This document shows positions 7,141 through 11,167 of a stretch of 11,167 nt of DNA, in pieces. The stretch's first letter is position 1. Every line of letters starts with the position of its first letter. Source of the stretch: Octopus sinensis (lineage: Eukaryota); NCBI RefSeq assembly GCF_006345805.1, contig NW_021827077.1, positions 1-11,167 on the forward strand. Reading direction: 5' to 3'. The position numbers were made by a program, and so were the translations under genes. The notes beneath the pieces were generated by a model, which saw only the letters and a program-made list of their open reading frames with translations, was not told the origin of the DNA and searched no databases.

Positions 7141-7706
7141 CTAAGTCCTCCGCTCCCTATGGAGCATAGGCTATCGATGAGACTCTCCCCTGTTCTCGAT
7201 CCTGGGTTTTTTTCCTTGATGAAAGGTCTTCCAGTCTCAGATCTTGGCTTCGAATTGTTATCGGTTATTCTGTAGTTACATTTCTAGGGAAGTTCATCCC
7301 AAACAAACCCATTTTTACCTCCTAGAACTGGTTCATATTAACCCCTATACTTCGACCTGTCCGATATGGGTGGAGCTTTTCCCCATTTTTCTCGATTTCA
7401 CTTAAGTCCTGTACTCCATTTTGATCAAAGGCCATCAACAAGATTTTCCTTCATTATTCATCCTTTTGTGCTGTAAAGGTCCTTCCACTGCCAGGTTTTG
7501 TTGTTTCTAACTTGTTATTGATGCTTCTGTAACTGTACATGTTTCTAGATAGGGAGATTAACCCTAAATCAGCCTAATTTTACCCCTGAGAATAAGCGGT
7601 CCATATTTGTCAATCCTTTGACTTGTCCAATTTGGGAGGGACCTTACTAGGAGCTTTTCTCCGTATTTCTCGACTTTACGTATTCCGGCCCAAAAGCCAT
7701 CGACAA
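7141..7706 (-). mobile_element. Diverged head-to-tail array (~260-270-bp period, about 2.2 units) of RTE-like non-autonomous units
   Basis: Repeated blocks CT(T)AAGTCC (7141, 7401), AAAGGTC(C)TTCCA, GAC(C/T)TGTCC, GGAGCTTTT, GCCATC(A/G)ACAA (about 7431 and 7696). Minus strand 7141-7204 translates QDREQGRV/(frameshift)LIDSLCSIGSGGL, resembling RTE ORF C-termini. Confidence 0.5.
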
Positions 7707-7780
7707 TTTTACACTTATAAATATACATGCATAATCATAGGTACATTATATATCTATATATGTGTATGTATATGCTTCTA

Positions 7781-8411
7781 TACGAGAAGGCGTTGAAAAG
7801 TTCCTAGCTTTAAGGATGTTGCGAAAGGCCTGGCTGGAAGCCCAATTTTCTGAGTTCGTTTACAGGGCTTAGAAGGACTGAGGGACCGCTGAGATGAGTG
7901 TGTGAATCTGAGAGGGGAATATTACTCTTTATTTGCTTCAGTCAAGTGACTGTGGCCATGCTGGAGCACTGCTTTGTAGTCGAGCAAATCGACACCAGGA
8001 CTTATTCTTTGTAAGCCTAGTACTTATTCTATCGGTCTCTTCCGCCGAACCGCTATGTTACGGGGACGGAAGCACACCAGCATCGGTTGTCAAACAATGC
8101 TAGGGGGACAAACACAGACACACAAACATACACACACACATACATATATACATACATATATACGACGGGCTTCTTTCAGTCTCCGTCTACCAAATCCACT
8201 CACAAGGCATTGGTCGTCCCTGGACTATAGTGGAAGACACTTGCCCAAGGTGCCACGCCGTGGGAATGAACCCGGAACCATGTGGTTGGTAAGCATGCTA
8301 CTTATCACACAGCCACTCCTGCACCTATGTATATTAGATAAAACCATAATTAACTGATCTTCCTTTATTTTCTCTTACCCAAAGCCAGGAATTTTTCAAC
8401 ACCCACTTGTA
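7781..8411 (+). mobile_element. Mariner-derived MITE with TA target duplication, interrupted by SINE-A
   Basis: TIRs TACGAGAAGGCGTTGAAAAGTTCCTAGCTTT (7781-7811) / AAAGCCAGGAATTTTTCAACACCCACTTGTA (8381-8411), 25/31 matches. 7863-7922 translates QGLEGLRDR*DECVNLRGEY, matching the mariner transposase C-terminal motif. Confidence 0.8.
7922..8326 (-). mobile_element. Full-length SINE-A
   Basis: Minus strand AGGTGCAGGAGTGGCTGTGTGATAAG (A box), GGGTTCATTCCC (B box), CACCTTGGGCAAGTGTCTTC, internal (TATG/TG)n, tail ...GACTGAAGCAAATAAAGAGTA. Confidence 0.9.
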
Positions 8412-9285
8412 TGTATTAGATAGATAGATAGACAGACAGACACACACACACACACACATACATACATACATACATACATACATACATACATACAGACATA
8501 CATACAGGCATACATACATGCATACATACATACATACATAGATACTTACATACTTACATACATGCATACATACATACAGACAGACAGACAGACAGACATA
8601 CATGCAAACATACAGACATACAGACAGAAATACATACATACATGCAATCATACATACATAATAACATACAAACATGCATGCATACATACATACATACATA
8701 CATACATACATAATACATACATACACACTACATACATACATACATACATACATACATACATTTTCATACATACATACATACATACCTTCATACATACATG
8801 CATACACACATACTCATACATACACAATGCATGCATACATACATACATTCATACATACATACATACAGAAATACATACATGCATACATACATACATACAT
8901 ACATACAACAACATGCATGCAAATCATACATACATATACATATCACAATACATACATGCATTACATACAAGCATGCATGCATACACACATACATACATCA
9001 TGCAAGCATACATACATACATTACATACATATACATACATACATACATACACACACACATACATACATACACACACACATACACACATACATACATACAT
9101 ACATACATGCATACACCATACATACATACAACATACATACATCATACATACATACACACATACATACATACATACATACAACATACATACATACATACAT
9201 ACACACATACATACATACATACATACATACATACATACATACATACATACATACATGTAGACATACATACATACATAGGCACTCA
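8412..9285. repeat. Long degenerate (TACA)n tetranucleotide satellite
   Basis: About 870 bp dominated by CATA/TACA units. Confidence 0.95.
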
Positions 9286-9289
9286 GCCA

Positions 9290-9390
9290 GTTAGTCAAAC
9301 AGACAGACAGACAGACAGTCAAATAGATAGACGGATAACAAACACATAGACAGATAGACAGATAGACAGAAAGACAGATAGACCGATACG
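9290..9390. repeat. (GACA)n/(GATA)n microsatellite
   Basis: Direct reading. Confidence 0.85.
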
Positions 9391-9459
9391 AAAGACACTT
9401 TGCAGTTAAATACGGTATATAAGAAACGAGATAGTAAACAATCCATAGGAAAATAGTGA

Positions 9460-9612
9460 GAGAGAAACAGAGACAGAGAAAGAGCGGTCGAGAGAGAGAG
9501 AGAGAGAGAGAGAGATGGAAGAGTGAGAGGGAGGGGGAGCGTAACTGATAGACAGAGAGTGTGTTTGTGAAGGTGTGTGAGAGAGAGAGAGAGAGATGAG
9601 AGAGAGAGAGAT
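9460..9612. repeat. (GA)n-rich tract
   Basis: Direct reading. Confidence 0.85.
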
Positions 9613-9744
9613 TGAAACAATGGAAAGGGAAGCAGTTAATATAGAAGGTACCATGGAGACTGGTCTGAACGTCACGATATCACCATGACAACACATAGCC
9701 ATGTTCCAATGGCTAGAGTACACAGATACGCTTAGACGTTAATA

Positions 9745-10203
9745 CACATACAGACACACCAGAGACACACGCCAAACCACACACACACACACATGTATAT
9801 CTATATATACATTCATACATATAATATTTGTGTGTGTATTTATATATATTATATATATATATTGATATATATGTATATATATTATACATGTATACATGCA
9901 TGAATTTATATATATACCTGGTATATGGATAAACATACATACATATATATATGTATGTATATATATATTTATGTATGTTATATATATCTATCTCTCTTTC
10001 TCTCTCTCTCTCCCCCCATATATATATACACACATATATATATATGCGCAGATATATTCATACGTATATACACATATATACACAAATATATATATATAGA
10101 CATATAGATGTATGTATGTATGTATGTATGTATGTGTGTGTGTATGTATGTATGTGTGTGTGTATGTATGTATGTGTGTGTGTATGTATGTATGTATGTA
10201 TAT
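9745..10203. repeat. Compound (CA)n/(TA)n/(CT)n/(TATG)n microsatellite
   Basis: Direct reading. Confidence 0.9.
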
Positions 10204-10204
10204 G

Positions 10205-10520
10205 CTGTATCGCCAATTGTTATGATGATACTTTTTTACACTATAACCGTGTGGTATCAATAAAATATATAACGAAGCTGGGTAACAGCGTAACAATCGA
10301 ACAAACTCTTTACGAACGATACGCGAACCAACAGACGACATTCGAACAATACCTAAACGACATCTTACGACTTCCTGCGATTACCTCCTTCTCCCTCACT
10401 CTCACTCCACACCGCTACGATTTTAGTTTGTTCGGTCAAGTCCATTCTGACAAAGGGGGTGTCGAGACTCTCGCCACAACATCTTCCTTTGCAACTTTGA
10501 CTTTCGTAGGAAACGAAATT
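10205..10520. promoter_or_regulatory. CpG-rich non-repetitive segment, possible promoter or first-exon region
   Basis: 21 CpG counted in 10209-10516, 13 of them as CGA on the plus strand; function is inferred only. Confidence 0.25.
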
Positions 10521-10531
10521 ATATTATAATT

Positions 10532-10964
10532 GGATCTTTTCGGTTGACCGGCAGTTTTTTTTAATAATTTCCACGTAAATAAACACTTTAAACTTCGTTA
10601 TACTGGTAGAATGTTTATAAAAAACATCTTTTCTCTTCGCTTTATTGAGAAAATTCTATAGTTTGTAAGATATTTTGTTGTTTTTTTTCTTCAATTTCGC
10701 AATTTCCACCCAACGTCATGACGTCTATTGAGGTGAAAACATTCTGTGCTTATGAATATGGTCCCTCGTTTAAGAAACAGATTGGGTCTATTTTACATTT
10801 TCTGAAGAATAAAGATACTCTTTTTCCCCCCACCCCTAACCCTAACTAAACCCTACCCTAAAACAGATTGAAATGCCAATAGATCGATACTAGGGTCATA
10901 ATTATAGGTGACAATTTCATATGACACCGCTAGACAAAAACTGCCGTTCAAGCCGGAAAGATAC
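10532..10964 (+). mobile_element. Complete TIR MITE carrying telomere-like repeats
   Basis: TIRs GGATCTTTTCGGTTGACCGGCAGTTTTT / AAAAACTGCCGTTCAAGCCGGAAAGATAC. Flanks TTATAATT (10524-10531) and TTATAATA (10965-10972), a 7/8 match consistent with an 8-bp TSD. CCCTAA-like tract at 10826-10862. Confidence 0.85.
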
Positions 10965-11167
10965 TTATAATATTTTTCCTATTTTTCTTTCTTTACATCA
11001 CCTTTCCCTTTTTGAAATGTTGCTTCCCTGGGGAGTTCAAACCTTTTCGCAGCAAATGGTACCTTTCTATTAGGTTTGAATAAGGTTACGTTTTCCTTAT
11101 ATTTGAAAACAGGCCTCAGTCTTAGAACAGAGACATTATCTGACAGCAGATAATTATCTCTGACAGA

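Noticed and set aside
8334-9349. Long ORFs up to 232 aa (HTYI/MYVC repeats)
   Set aside because: They are translations of (TACA)n, which lacks stops in most frames; no coding signal.
9951-10529. 192-aa ORF as a protein-coding gene
   Set aside because: The first ~80 codons are microsatellite, the rest matches no domain I recognise, and an open frame of ~110 codons can occur by chance. Kept only as part of the CpG-island finding.
178-10964. One giant LTR element or composite transposon bounded by the two direct repeats
   Set aside because: Each repeat is a self-contained TIR MITE (the right copy has its own TSD), with no TG..CA ends, PBS/PPT or gag/pol remnants between them.
11135-11167. Short TCTGACAG duplication and AGATAATTATCT palindrome
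   Set aside because: Cut by the window edge and too short to interpret.
1-11167. CRISPR array or other prokaryotic system
   Set aside because: No regularly spaced direct repeats with unique spacers and no prokaryote-like gene density; the DNA is animal-like repeat sequence.

Overview
AT-rich eukaryotic non-coding DNA made almost entirely of repeats, with no intact protein-coding gene that I can support. The SINE families, microsatellite load and TTAGGG-like motifs resemble octopus (coleoid cephalopod) genomic DNA; this assignment is from pattern recall, not a search. Nearly all ORFs in the supplied track are microsatellite or SINE artefacts. The main real coding relic is a decayed Penelope-like retroelement (3413-4713). 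It has a 5'-truncated linker plus GIY-YIG endonuclease remnant flanked by ~400-bp inverted pseudo-LTRs, and each arm carries a type I hammerhead ribozyme motif. The window also holds five tRNA-derived SINE-A pieces, one SINE-B with a 9-bp TSD, and two copies of a TIR MITE carrying telomere-like/G4 repeats. There is a mariner-derived MITE, two Helitron-like 3' ends, an RTE-like tandem array, several fold-back palindromes and long microsatellites. The most interesting signals are the paired ribozymes, a twin-hairpin module shared by two diverged repeats, and the high density of fold-back (dsRNA-forming) DNA.
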